From IMG/VR virus record IMGVR_UViG_3300033075_001920: a DNA stretch of 64,000 nucleotides, one strand, 5' to 3'. Shown in pieces: positions 17,080-25,821 of the stretch. The stretch is from a virus (taxonomy: Duplodnaviria; Heunggongvirae; Uroviricota; Caudoviricetes). The first letter of the stretch is position 1. Each line of letters opens with the position of its first letter. The position numbers were made by a program, and so were the translations under genes. A model generated the notes under the pieces. The model made no database searches. It was not told where the DNA came from and was given only the letters and a program-made list of their open reading frames with translations.

Positions 17080-17591
17080 AAAAAAGCACCATCATATTGC
17101 TAACCGGAGGCGCTGTGGTAGCGGGGCTTATGGGCAGGTATGTGTACAGAAATATTGTACTTGCAAAAGACTACGATTTCAAGTTCAATGGTTTCATACC
17201 TACCGGAATTCGTCTTACAGGAGATGATCCTAAAATTTCAGGCAAGGCATCGCTGCAGTTTATCAATAAGAGCGATATCAAAGCTGTCATTAAGGATATC
17301 AATATACAGGTGTTCAGTAAAAATGTTCGCCTGGGAGCAATTGAAAAGCCGGAAGTAGTTTCTATAGCACCAAAAGGATTTACAACATTCAATTTTGATA
17401 TTTCCTTTAATCCAAAATCGGTTGTAGATAATTGGCGCATTTTAACATCAACAATAATCAACGATAAGAACATACCTATGGATTTTGTTGGTCAGTTAAA
17501 AGTGGATACTGCTTTTGGATTTATAAAGATTCCGATTAAGTATTCCACAACGGGTAAAGATTTGTATGCGCTTTATCAACAGTACTACTAA
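17076..17591 (+). CDS. N-terminally anchored beta-sandwich (LEA_2/NDR1-like) protein
   Basis: 171 aa with helix IILLTGGAVVAGLMG. The alternating beta pattern (ASLQFINKSDIKAVIKDINIQVFSKNVRLG) resembles LEA_2 domains. Confidence 0.4.
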   Translation: MKKSTIILLTGGAVVAGLMGRYVYRNIVLAKDYDFKFNGFIPTGIRLTGDDPKISGKASLQFINKSDIKAVIKDINIQVFSKNVRLGAIEKPEVVSIAPKGFTTFNFDISFNPKSVVDNWRILTSTIINDKNIPMDFVGQLKVDTAFGFIKIPIKYSTTGKDLYALYQQYY

Positions 17592-17599
17592 TAAAGAAC

Positions 17600-17607
17600 T
17601 ATTTTTG
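17600..17607 (+). promoter_or_regulatory. Bacteroidota-type -7 promoter box (TATTTTTG)
   Basis: TAnnTTTG match 18 nt upstream of the ATG at 17626. Confidence 0.45.
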
Positions 17608-17625
17608 TATAAATATTAAATATAT

Positions 17626-18078
17626 ATGTTACATAAGATGATTGGTCAAGCGTTCGGACCCAAAATAGAGCGCAATTTCATTAACGGATTAAAAAAATTT
17701 GCTAGTGAGAGTTCAGTTCTGATAAATGAAGTTCAGGTACGAATCACTCCTTCCGTTGTCAATGATCAACCGGCGCTTATTTACCACAAGGCGGTTAATT
17801 GGCAGGTTATGGAAGAGGTTACGTTTAAAAGAATCATGGATTTAAACTTAGATCTTTTAAACTTAGAGGCAAACATATCTCCGGCTATATTTCAAATTAT
17901 AGCTGAGCAGAGCGAAAAACTCTCTATCGAACCGAATATGATTTCTGCATGGATGTTTTTGGTTCAGCAGGAAGAAGCTTCAGAGCCGACGATAATGGTA
18001 TTCTTCTACAATGGCACCGAGCCGGTAAAAGGATATCCGATATTAGAATTATTTGAAACAGAAGAAGAACCAACGTAA
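17626..18078 (+). CDS. hypothetical protein
   Basis: 150-aa soluble acidic ORF, the first gene after the promoter box. Confidence 0.5.
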   Translation: MLHKMIGQAFGPKIERNFINGLKKFASESSVLINEVQVRITPSVVNDQPALIYHKAVNWQVMEEVTFKRIMDLNLDLLNLEANISPAIFQIIAEQSEKLSIEPNMISAWMFLVQQEEASEPTIMVFFYNGTEPVKGYPILELFETEEEPT

Positions 18079-18084
18079 TAAATT

Positions 18085-20157
18085 ATGTCACTTACAGCCA
18101 GTTTAGCCCAGACAATCAAAACCATAGAAGGTAATGGACTTGCCGTTTTTATCAATGAACAAGGAGTTCTTATGCTTAAAGACGTACACGGACAACTGGC
18201 AACGGTGCAATCCTTTATTTCCGGCGGCGGTGGAAGTTCTGACCTTACGGTAGGAACTACTCCAATTCTTTCCGGAGGTTTAAAGCGCGTCCTGTTCGAA
18301 GGAGCTGGTAATATACTTCAAGAATCTTCAAATTTTGTATGGGATTATACCAATAATCGCCTTGGTGTAGGTACAAGCGATCCGGATACAGACATCGCGG
18401 TACAAAAAGCATCAGCAGATGTTGTATTTCAAATTTCAGGTACCTCTGATTTTGACCGCAAGGTGAAATTCAGTTCCTTGGACGGCGGAAGCAATCTTGG
18501 TCGTTTCTCATTTAAGATTACCGGAAACGAAAGCGGATCAGATGCAGGTTCTGATTTATATATTGAGAGATATGATGATGCCGGAGATGTAATAGCCAAT
18601 GCTATGTTTATAGAAAGGGCTACTGGCTTTGTGGGTGTTAATACAAGTTCACCTGCCGGATTCTTTCATATTTTCGGAGCATCTTCTACTACCAATTCAA
18701 TTATAGACGCCAGCAACAATATTGACAGAAACCTTCAATATAGAACCGATGATGTAATACGCTGGAATCTGAATGTTACAGGAGATGAAACCGGTTCGAA
18801 TGCCGGGGCAAATATTGCTTTTAATCGCTACAGCGATGGAGGTGCATTAATTGATGCTGCATTATCCATCACCAGATCGAATGGAAGGGTGGTAGTACTT
18901 AATAACGCCAATGTTGGTGGAGTGCTCGCTCAGACTGCAAGATTAGATGTTGTAGGAAGCAGCGATGTGTCCGGTTCTGCATTGTATATTGGTTCATTAA
19001 GCAATGAAGCTTACCGTATCTATAACAATCGTACAATTGTCTATGGAGGAAGTTCTGCAGCAGCCAGCACACATATCACAGTAAACAACGTCGGAGGTTC
19101 TTCCGGCTCATCCACTTATGCTCAGCAGTGGATAGGCTCAGGTGGAGATAACATTGTGCGAATCTCCAATAACGATGGTTCAAACACCGGTGGTATACAA
19201 ATTTTAAGAACCCAGGCATCGACTTCAAGAACTTCAATTACTGTTGCCGTAGGCTCTACCACTTATTTCAACGTAATGAGCAATGGTATGCTGTATTTTC
19301 CAACAAGAGGTACATGGTTTGATGATGGAACAGCTGCGCATATCCAGTACGTAAATACAGCGGCCGGTAATGCCAATCAGGGATTATGGTTTAATATTGA
19401 AACCGGTTCAGAGGATAGCTTTGTTTTCCATAAATCTCGTTCGAGCGGCGCTATTTCAACAGCGCCATTTATGAGATGGTTCTCAACCTTCACCGATTCC
19501 GGACAGCCGATAACAGGTACCCAAACCATGTTGCGAATAGATCCTACAACCACTTTTACCGGTTCTGGTTCTATCAATCTGGTTGGTATAGAATATAATC
19601 CTACATTAACAAATATCAATGGTGTAAACTATGCTTTGTTAATGAAATCAGGTAGAAATGGTTTTGGTCTTGGTTCTACACTTCCAACTGCAATAATTGA
19701 CATAACCGGTTCGACTACCGGTGTATCCTCCCTGCGCATGCGCTCAGGTACAGCGCCAAGTTCTCCGAATGATGGGGATGATTGGTATACCGGAACAGTA
19801 AGACAATTCAGGGTAGGTTCTACAACACGTACATACGAGTTTACACCTGTTACTCAGACAGTAAATGCAACTACAGCTACTACTACAATTGATTTATCGC
19901 TTGCTCAGATAACAATTTTAAATCTACAGACAGCTACTACAGCCCTTACTTTAACAAATCCGGCGGTAGGAACATATATCATTAAAGTCAAGCAGGATGC
20001 TACCGGAAGCCGCTTACTGACCTATACAACTATTATCGCGTGGGCGGGCGGTTCATCTCCAACACTTACAACAACTGCCAATTACAGCGATGTAATTACA
20101 CTGGTATACGATGGAACTAACTTGCTGGCAACATTTACTGCAAACTTTAACGTATAA
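18085..20157 (+). CDS. fibre/spike-like receptor-binding protein
   Basis: 690 aa, G/S/T/N-rich and beta-rich. The N-terminal ~45 aa are shared with ORF 21176 (TIKTIEGNGLAVF...KDVHGQ). Confidence 0.5.
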   Translation: MSLTASLAQTIKTIEGNGLAVFINEQGVLMLKDVHGQLATVQSFISGGGGSSDLTVGTTPILSGGLKRVLFEGAGNILQESSNFVWDYTNNRLGVGTSDPDTDIAVQKASADVVFQISGTSDFDRKVKFSSLDGGSNLGRFSFKITGNESGSDAGSDLYIERYDDAGDVIANAMFIERATGFVGVNTSSPAGFFHIFGASSTTNSIIDASNNIDRNLQYRTDDVIRWNLNVTGDETGSNAGANIAFNRYSDGGALIDAALSITRSNGRVVVLNNANVGGVLAQTARLDVVGSSDVSGSALYIGSLSNEAYRIYNNRTIVYGGSSAAASTHITVNNVGGSSGSSTYAQQWIGSGGDNIVRISNNDGSNTGGIQILRTQASTSRTSITVAVGSTTYFNVMSNGMLYFPTRGTWFDDGTAAHIQYVNTAAGNANQGLWFNIETGSEDSFVFHKSRSSGAISTAPFMRWFSTFTDSGQPITGTQTMLRIDPTTTFTGSGSINLVGIEYNPTLTNINGVNYALLMKSGRNGFGLGSTLPTAIIDITGSTTGVSSLRMRSGTAPSSPNDGDDWYTGTVRQFRVGSTTRTYEFTPVTQTVNATTATTTIDLSLAQITILNLQTATTALTLTNPAVGTYIIKVKQDATGSRLLTYTTIIAWAGGSSPTLTTTANYSDVITLVYDGTNLLATFTANFNV

Positions 20158-20191
20158 TAAGCAAATCCGGTCAACTTTTAAATAAAATAAC

Positions 20192-20653
20192 ATGCAAGAT
20201 ATTCTTAAACTTCAAACAGCACTGGAACTTACCGATTGGACAAATCGCGGTCTTACACACAGTGTTTCAGATGATCCTGTAACCGGTAAGAACAGAATTG
20301 CCTTAATGGGTGGATTTGATCACATAGACTTCAATAACAACAAGCTCGGAGTTTATGTGGTTATCTACAATTTGGACGACAATGGCAAACCGCTCAATGG
20401 CAGACTGTCTAAGGCAGATGGGTCTATCTATCCCAAAGAGATATTGATTCAGGCCAACAATGAAACATTTGTTTCGCTTCCCGGTTTAACTGTTATTCCA
20501 AATGAGGATGTTACAGACGACATGCGAAATAATGTTGATTACGGAAATGGATATATGCGCGAGTTTGACGCCTATTTTGCCGTAGCCCAAGCGGGAGCAA
20601 TCAACTTGTTTGATTTAATCAGAAACGCTATAGACACATCTTCCCAGGTATGA
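20192..20653 (+). CDS. hypothetical virion-associated protein
   Basis: 153-aa ORF between the fibre-like genes. Confidence 0.45.
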   Translation: MQDILKLQTALELTDWTNRGLTHSVSDDPVTGKNRIALMGGFDHIDFNNNKLGVYVVIYNLDDNGKPLNGRLSKADGSIYPKEILIQANNETFVSLPGLTVIPNEDVTDDMRNNVDYGNGYMREFDAYFAVAQAGAINLFDLIRNAIDTSSQV

Positions 20654-21165
20654 TTCAGACAGGTGATATAGCAATGGTGCATACACCGTTTAACTGGAGA
20701 CAGCCGCTTACAATTATCAGTTTTCTGATTCGAAAAGTCACCGGATTCTTCTGGAACCACAATATGACATTTTATACTGTGGACGGATTAGTATTTGTAG
20801 TTGAAAGCGATATTTCCGGAGTTGTCATATATCCCATATACAACATCAATCCGAGTAAAATAGTCAAAATATACAGATTGCCTGATCCGGGGGATAAGAA
20901 CAGACTCCTGAGTAGGATCCATAAAACCAAGTATGATTTTCGCGGGTTATTCATTCACGGGTTAGTCAAAGAATATTTAGGCATCTGGATAGGTCCAACT
21001 TGTCCGGGCGCTCAATACGAAAAATTCACCTGTTGTGAGTTTGTTCTCTGGTGGAGAAAGCAACCGGATGCATATAAATCAAAACCATCTGACGTTGAAA
21101 AATACTGTCTTGAAAATCAAGGAACTGTTGTATATGAAGGATCTGTAAAAAATATAATGTCGTAA
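20650..21165 (+). CDS. putative permuted papain-like (YiiX/C92, NlpC/P60-related) amidase
   Basis: WNHNMTF..VFVVESDISGV (His, then a Glu-bearing strand) followed by a late FTCCEFVLWW. The order fits permuted papain-fold amidases. Weak call made by eye. Confidence 0.3.
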   Translation: MIQTGDIAMVHTPFNWRQPLTIISFLIRKVTGFFWNHNMTFYTVDGLVFVVESDISGVVIYPIYNINPSKIVKIYRLPDPGDKNRLLSRIHKTKYDFRGLFIHGLVKEYLGIWIGPTCPGAQYEKFTCCEFVLWWRKQPDAYKSKPSDVEKYCLENQGTVVYEGSVKNIMS

Positions 21166-21175
21166 TGATTACTTA

Positions 21176-21664
21176 ATGATTACTAGGAGTTTACCACATA
21201 CCGTCAAAACTATTGAAGGCAATGGCTTAGCGGTTTTCGTGGACGATACAGACTCCGAATTAAAAGTTAAAGATGTCAATGGTCAGGTTTTTAATATTGC
21301 AGATCTAATTTCAAATGCATTAGAGAACAGAATATCATTTACAAAAGCTTTTTCATTACATGATCCCGACACTTCAGATATCATTCTTCTCAGAACAGAC
21401 CACCAATATCTTATTCAGGAAGTGTATTCACTGGCTCAGGGAGTTAATCCTGAAATTTCATACAACATTTATTTTGCTCCCAGTTATAGCGATACCCCTA
21501 CACAACTGTGGGATGAGGATAAGCTTATTACCGGCGAAAGTGCGTTTACGGAATTTGATCATTCAAGAATTGACAGCGCTAATGTTATTTGGTTTAAAAT
21601 TAATTCTTTATCCGGAAGCGACTTAAAATTTCATACAACCATCACTTTTATAAAAATTCATTAA
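21176..21664 (+). CDS. short fibre/adaptor protein sharing an N-terminal module with ORF 18085
   Basis: 162 aa. The N-terminus SLPHTVKTIEGNGLAVFVDDTDSELKVKDVNGQ is paralogous to 18085. Confidence 0.5.
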   Translation: MITRSLPHTVKTIEGNGLAVFVDDTDSELKVKDVNGQVFNIADLISNALENRISFTKAFSLHDPDTSDIILLRTDHQYLIQEVYSLAQGVNPEISYNIYFAPSYSDTPTQLWDEDKLITGESAFTEFDHSRIDSANVIWFKINSLSGSDLKFHTTITFIKIH

Positions 21665-21670
21665 TCCAAA

Positions 21671-22093
21671 ATGTCAGTAGTAGCATTAACCCTTTATCCT
21701 TCATTTGTCGAAGGTAAAAACGAAGGAAAACACAATCTTCAAACCGACCAGATTATGGTTGCATTCACTAATGCAGCCCCTAACCCTGCTCATACCGTTT
21801 TGGCTGATTTAAGCCCGATAAACCATGCAAATATGTCATCCAGGGTGCTGTCAATGGTGTCATCATCAATGAGCGGAGGCACATACCGGTTTATAGTTGC
21901 GGATAATACCATCACCTCTTCCGGCGGTTCATCCGGTCCGTATCAGCATATACACATATACAACAATACGGCAACAAATAAGGATTTGATTGCTTACGGA
22001 AGCTTTGCCGCTGCAAAAACCTTGGAAGATACCGATCAGCAGGTTTTGGATTTTGATGGAACAGAAGGACTTTTAAAAGATGTTATCGTTTAA
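21671..22093 (+). CDS. hypothetical virion protein
   Basis: 140-aa ORF. Confidence 0.45.
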   Translation: MSVVALTLYPSFVEGKNEGKHNLQTDQIMVAFTNAAPNPAHTVLADLSPINHANMSSRVLSMVSSSMSGGTYRFIVADNTITSSGGSSGPYQHIHIYNNTATNKDLIAYGSFAAAKTLEDTDQQVLDFDGTEGLLKDVIV

Positions 22094-22095
22094 TT

Positions 22096-22476
22096 ATGGA
22101 ACAAGAAATATTACAACAAATCAGTCAGCTTCGCTCTCAATATCACGATAATATTGACAAGATGACCATAGCTCAGGAAGCAGATCTTTCATCGGCTATC
22201 AAAAAAGCATGCTCCCAGCTTCAAGACTTTTACTTAAAAGGTGTTAAAATACCTGGTAATGTCAATGGCAATGTGCTGGGTATGAGAAAAAACGAGCATA
22301 CTATTGAAATTGGCTGCCAAGTGATGGTAACAATCGGCAAAAAAGTAACCCCTGTTTTTATTAAATCCCAGGGTGTAACCCAAGAGTTAGCTGCAGCCAG
22401 TTGGAATGCGGATGATTTTATCAATAAGGCAGGACTTAAACTTGTTTGGAAGGGAGATGATATAGTATGTCAATAA
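22096..22476 (+). CDS. hypothetical protein
   Basis: 126-aa ORF. Confidence 0.45.
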   Translation: MEQEILQQISQLRSQYHDNIDKMTIAQEADLSSAIKKACSQLQDFYLKGVKIPGNVNGNVLGMRKNEHTIEIGCQVMVTIGKKVTPVFIKSQGVTQELAAASWNADDFINKAGLKLVWKGDDIVCQ

Positions 22477-23276
22477 CCACTCTCGACGGTGTTATTGCCG
22501 GTGCCAAGCCTCCAGTATGGTTTGCAAAGGCAATTACTCCTACTCTTGTAGCGGGTAAGCCTCAAAGCCTATGGGGATTAGGTGGCAATCCCGGTGCGGG
22601 TGCTTTCAGTGGCTCATTGGCAGGTGCTGCATTGTCATCCTCAGGTGGATTGGTAGCAGGTCAGCTGCCTTATAGCGATCCAAGCAATAATTCATATTTG
22701 AGCCTGTTTTCAGCGATGGCAACGCAGGCCGGTATGCTCTTACTATGCGATAGATTATGGCATAACGGTGGTTTTACAATTACCTCCAACACTTCTCAAA
22801 CAGTGAACTCAGTTGCTTTCCCTGCCAGAGATAATAATGGATCCGCTAATGGCGAAGGTGTTCTTTTAGGTCTTGAAATTTCCTCGGGAGCCGGCGCCGC
22901 TGCTCCAACCATCACAGTAAGTTATACCAATAGCGATAATACCGCAGGAAGAACAGCTCTCAATTCATTTGCTACAGCAAACTCCCCTGCTGCAGGTTCG
23001 TTTTTTCCAATTGGTCTGCAGGCAACCGATAAGGGAGTCAGAAGTGTTCAGAGTTTAACATTATCGGCATCCTGGCTTTCCGGTACCATGAACTTAGTGG
23101 CTTACAGGGTTCTTGCAGCAATTGAGCTTATAGGGGCAAACATCCCTAATGCCATAGATGCTGTCACCGGGGGCTTTCCAAAATTACACAACGGCACTGT
23201 TCCGTTTCTTATTTTCATTCCCAATACTACTACTGCTTCATATGTGAACGGAAGGGTAGTGTACTCACAAGACTAA
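22467..23276 (+). CDS. beta-rich structural protein (second capsid/vertex candidate)
   Basis: 269 aa, G/A/S/T-rich with no hydrophobic helix. The size is compatible with a jelly-roll protein. Context-based call only. Confidence 0.35.
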   Translation: MSITTLDGVIAGAKPPVWFAKAITPTLVAGKPQSLWGLGGNPGAGAFSGSLAGAALSSSGGLVAGQLPYSDPSNNSYLSLFSAMATQAGMLLLCDRLWHNGGFTITSNTSQTVNSVAFPARDNNGSANGEGVLLGLEISSGAGAAAPTITVSYTNSDNTAGRTALNSFATANSPAAGSFFPIGLQATDKGVRSVQSLTLSASWLSGTMNLVAYRVLAAIELIGANIPNAIDAVTGGFPKLHNGTVPFLIFIPNTTTASYVNGRVVYSQD

Positions 23277-24214
23277 TGCATCAGCTCTTATCCTCATATG
23301 GCATTCAATCTAAGTTCTTGAAAAGAAGAGCTCGGCTCCTGAATTTAGAAAAGACCAATATGGCTTTTCCAAATACAGATACAGCTTCGAGTGTCATTTG
23401 GCAGGATTGGTATAGCAGAGGACAAAGTTTAAACACTGTACATAATGATAGTTTTACGACCGGCCGCATAAATGCATCAGCAGTTTCTTTAAATTCCAGA
23501 ACCGTTAGAAATGATTCTGCCAGCGGTGATCAGTCCGATAGTTCTGTGATTTCAATTTCTGCCATAGCAGTGAGAAAAGAGGCTATTTCAGTGTCTCAAA
23601 CAAATAATACAGCCGTCTCCCTGATTCAAAGAATTATTTATCGTGCCACAATTCCCAAGGCAGAAAATAGTTCTCAAAGCGTAAATATCCAAGCTTTCAC
23701 CAAAGCAACAGCTCAGCATGCGACGGTCCAAACGCAAAATCAATCTAACGCGATAAATCAAAGCACGGTTTATAATGGGCTATTCACCCCGTCTGTCCTA
23801 AACAGCCAGAGCGAACCGGTAAGCTATAGAATGGTTTATTCCCGGCAACTGACTCCATCCGGGCAGCAATCCCAGGCAAATGTTATAGATGGACGAAACA
23901 TAAAACGAAATACGGTCTCTCCGGCATCAAATCAAGCTGCGGCAGGAGAGATATCGGTTAAAAAAATCACTCCAAATCAGTTTCAAGATGCTCAATCATT
24001 GAGTTATGTGCCTGAAATTCAAAGTTTCAGTATTGTATCAGACACAGTGAATGCCGGGTTATCCCATGCTGTTAGTAATATAATGAATTCATACTCAGTG
24101 AGTCAATTTACTTTTGTAAAAGCAGTGGTTAATGCCTCCGGAATTAACATTCAGGAAAGCTTCATCCACAACACATCGCCGTCGATGTCCAAGAAAATAA
24201 TATTCATAATTTAA
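23276..24214 (+). CDS. Ser/Asn/Gln-rich hypothetical protein
   Basis: 312-aa low-complexity S/N/Q/V-rich ORF. Confidence 0.45.
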   Translation: MHQLLSSYGIQSKFLKRRARLLNLEKTNMAFPNTDTASSVIWQDWYSRGQSLNTVHNDSFTTGRINASAVSLNSRTVRNDSASGDQSDSSVISISAIAVRKEAISVSQTNNTAVSLIQRIIYRATIPKAENSSQSVNIQAFTKATAQHATVQTQNQSNAINQSTVYNGLFTPSVLNSQSEPVSYRMVYSRQLTPSGQQSQANVIDGRNIKRNTVSPASNQAAAGEISVKKITPNQFQDAQSLSYVPEIQSFSIVSDTVNAGLSHAVSNIMNSYSVSQFTFVKAVVNASGINIQESFIHNTSPSMSKKIIFII

Positions 24215-24224
24215 ATAGATACAT

Positions 24225-24608
24225 ATGGACAAATCAAAAAACAAACGAAATCCAGATCAAGTGCCTCCAAAAGAACACTTGGTCGAAGCAAAGGTAGAGC
24301 CGGCAAAAGACGGCAAAATCTATGTTACAAAATCTGAGCTTGATTACATCAAGAAAAAAGATACTGTTACTGCGCAGATGAAGGACCGCATTAGTGATAT
24401 CACCATCAATATAATGGTTCTTGAAGAACAGAGAAAGAATGTATTTTCTCAGTTGAAAGACCATTTAAGGCAGTTTGATGAATGGCAAGGAGAATTCATT
24501 TCGCCAAAATACGGAAAGGGTAACATCAACCTTGAAACAGGTGAATTTATTGCCCAGGCGAAGGAAGTACCAAAACAGGAAGTAACGTTAGAAGCCGCCG
24601 CAAAATGA
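24225..24608 (+). CDS. hypothetical coiled-coil protein
   Basis: 127-aa K/E-rich ORF. Confidence 0.45.
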   Translation: MDKSKNKRNPDQVPPKEHLVEAKVEPAKDGKIYVTKSELDYIKKKDTVTAQMKDRISDITINIMVLEEQRKNVFSQLKDHLRQFDEWQGEFISPKYGKGNINLETGEFIAQAKEVPKQEVTLEAAAK

Positions 24609-25081
24609 TTGTAGTGTTTTACGGCGCCCGAGACAGCGGTAAAACGACACTATGCAAATTGTTTCACAGCTGGCTACGGAGCGAGACGAATTATAAAAAG
24701 ATACATTACATTGATTCTGATAAAATCAAGTATGTATTTAGTAAAGGACAGACCATGTATGATATAGCATCATTTGGACTCCACGACAGGGCAGTTATAT
24801 GTGCCCGTTACGAAGAATCGCTTAATGAAGTGGTCCTTATGGCTATGCCTTTTCCTACTCAGAAAGAACGAGATCTTTTATCCGATCATCCAAACACACT
24901 TTGGTTGTATTTAAAAGATATAAATTCGGCCAGAGAATTAAAGAATAAAAAGCCCATTATTCCATTTGAAGAGCCAAGTGATCAGATTATCGATACAGGT
25001 CTTAATAATGAAATCAAAACCCTTGATATCGTTATTGAAAAATTTAAACAATTTACATTTAACCAGGTAATGAAAAACTAA
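24605..25081 (+). CDS. P-loop NTPase/kinase-like protein
   Basis: N-terminal MIVVFYGARDSGKTTLCK (Walker A directly after beta-strand 1), 158 aa. This layout is typical of small nucleotide or APS-type kinases. Confidence 0.45.
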   Translation: MIVVFYGARDSGKTTLCKLFHSWLRSETNYKKIHYIDSDKIKYVFSKGQTMYDIASFGLHDRAVICARYEESLNEVVLMAMPFPTQKERDLLSDHPNTLWLYLKDINSARELKNKKPIIPFEEPSDQIIDTGLNNEIKTLDIVIEKFKQFTFNQVMKN

Positions 25082-25083
25082 CC

Positions 25084-25782
25084 ATGCAGGTACCATTCGG
25101 ATTTATGTCATCTACTCCTTCCATAGGCACAGCCAGAGTTCTTCGGGTTGCTGGCGGTGGTGGGGGTGGTGAATATAATGGCGGTGGTGGCAGTGCGGGT
25201 GAATTTTTAGACACGCCCTCTGAGGTTATTCCCCAAGGCGCCAATACCGTTACAGTAGGTATTGGTGGTCCGGGTGCGCCCGGTTCAGGTTCTCCCGAGG
25301 CAGGCGATGACGGAGGCGATACAACCTTTAATGGTGTAACAGTATCGGGAGGTGCGGGAGGTGGAGGAGATACAGGTCTTGGTGGAAACGGTGCCGGTTC
25401 TGCAGGCTCAGGTAGAGACGCAGGAGATGGATTGTCAAGCGATATTTCCGGTTCTACGCTATTTTATTCAGGTGGTGGTGGAGCGTCCGATGGTGGAAGC
25501 ACATTGCACGTGGGTGGTAGTGGAGTGGGAGGAGATGGCTCGGTTAATGATACTGCAACCCCTGCCACAAGTGGAGTAGCGAACAGGGGATCAGGAGGAG
25601 GTGGAGACTGGTTTGGTATAGATGCCGGTGATGGTTCAGACGGTGTAGTAGTGATTGCTTACAAGACAGATGGTTCTGATGGTATTTCAAATTCATCTAC
25701 CGGAGGAACAATTACCACAAGCGGAGCATACACAATTCATACATTTACCACAAGCGGAACCTTTACATGCGTGTATTCATAA
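25084..25782 (+). CDS. glycine-rich fibre-associated protein
   Basis: 232 aa with GGGGGG/GGAGGGG/GSGGGG tracts. The N-terminus MQVPFGFMSS is shared with ORF 25822. Confidence 0.5.
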   Translation: MQVPFGFMSSTPSIGTARVLRVAGGGGGGEYNGGGGSAGEFLDTPSEVIPQGANTVTVGIGGPGAPGSGSPEAGDDGGDTTFNGVTVSGGAGGGGDTGLGGNGAGSAGSGRDAGDGLSSDISGSTLFYSGGGGASDGGSTLHVGGSGVGGDGSVNDTATPATSGVANRGSGGGGDWFGIDAGDGSDGVVVIAYKTDGSDGISNSSTGGTITTSGAYTIHTFTTSGTFTCVYS

Positions 25783-25821
25783 CAGGAAAACATGAAATAA
25801 AACAAAACTAACGAAAATAGA

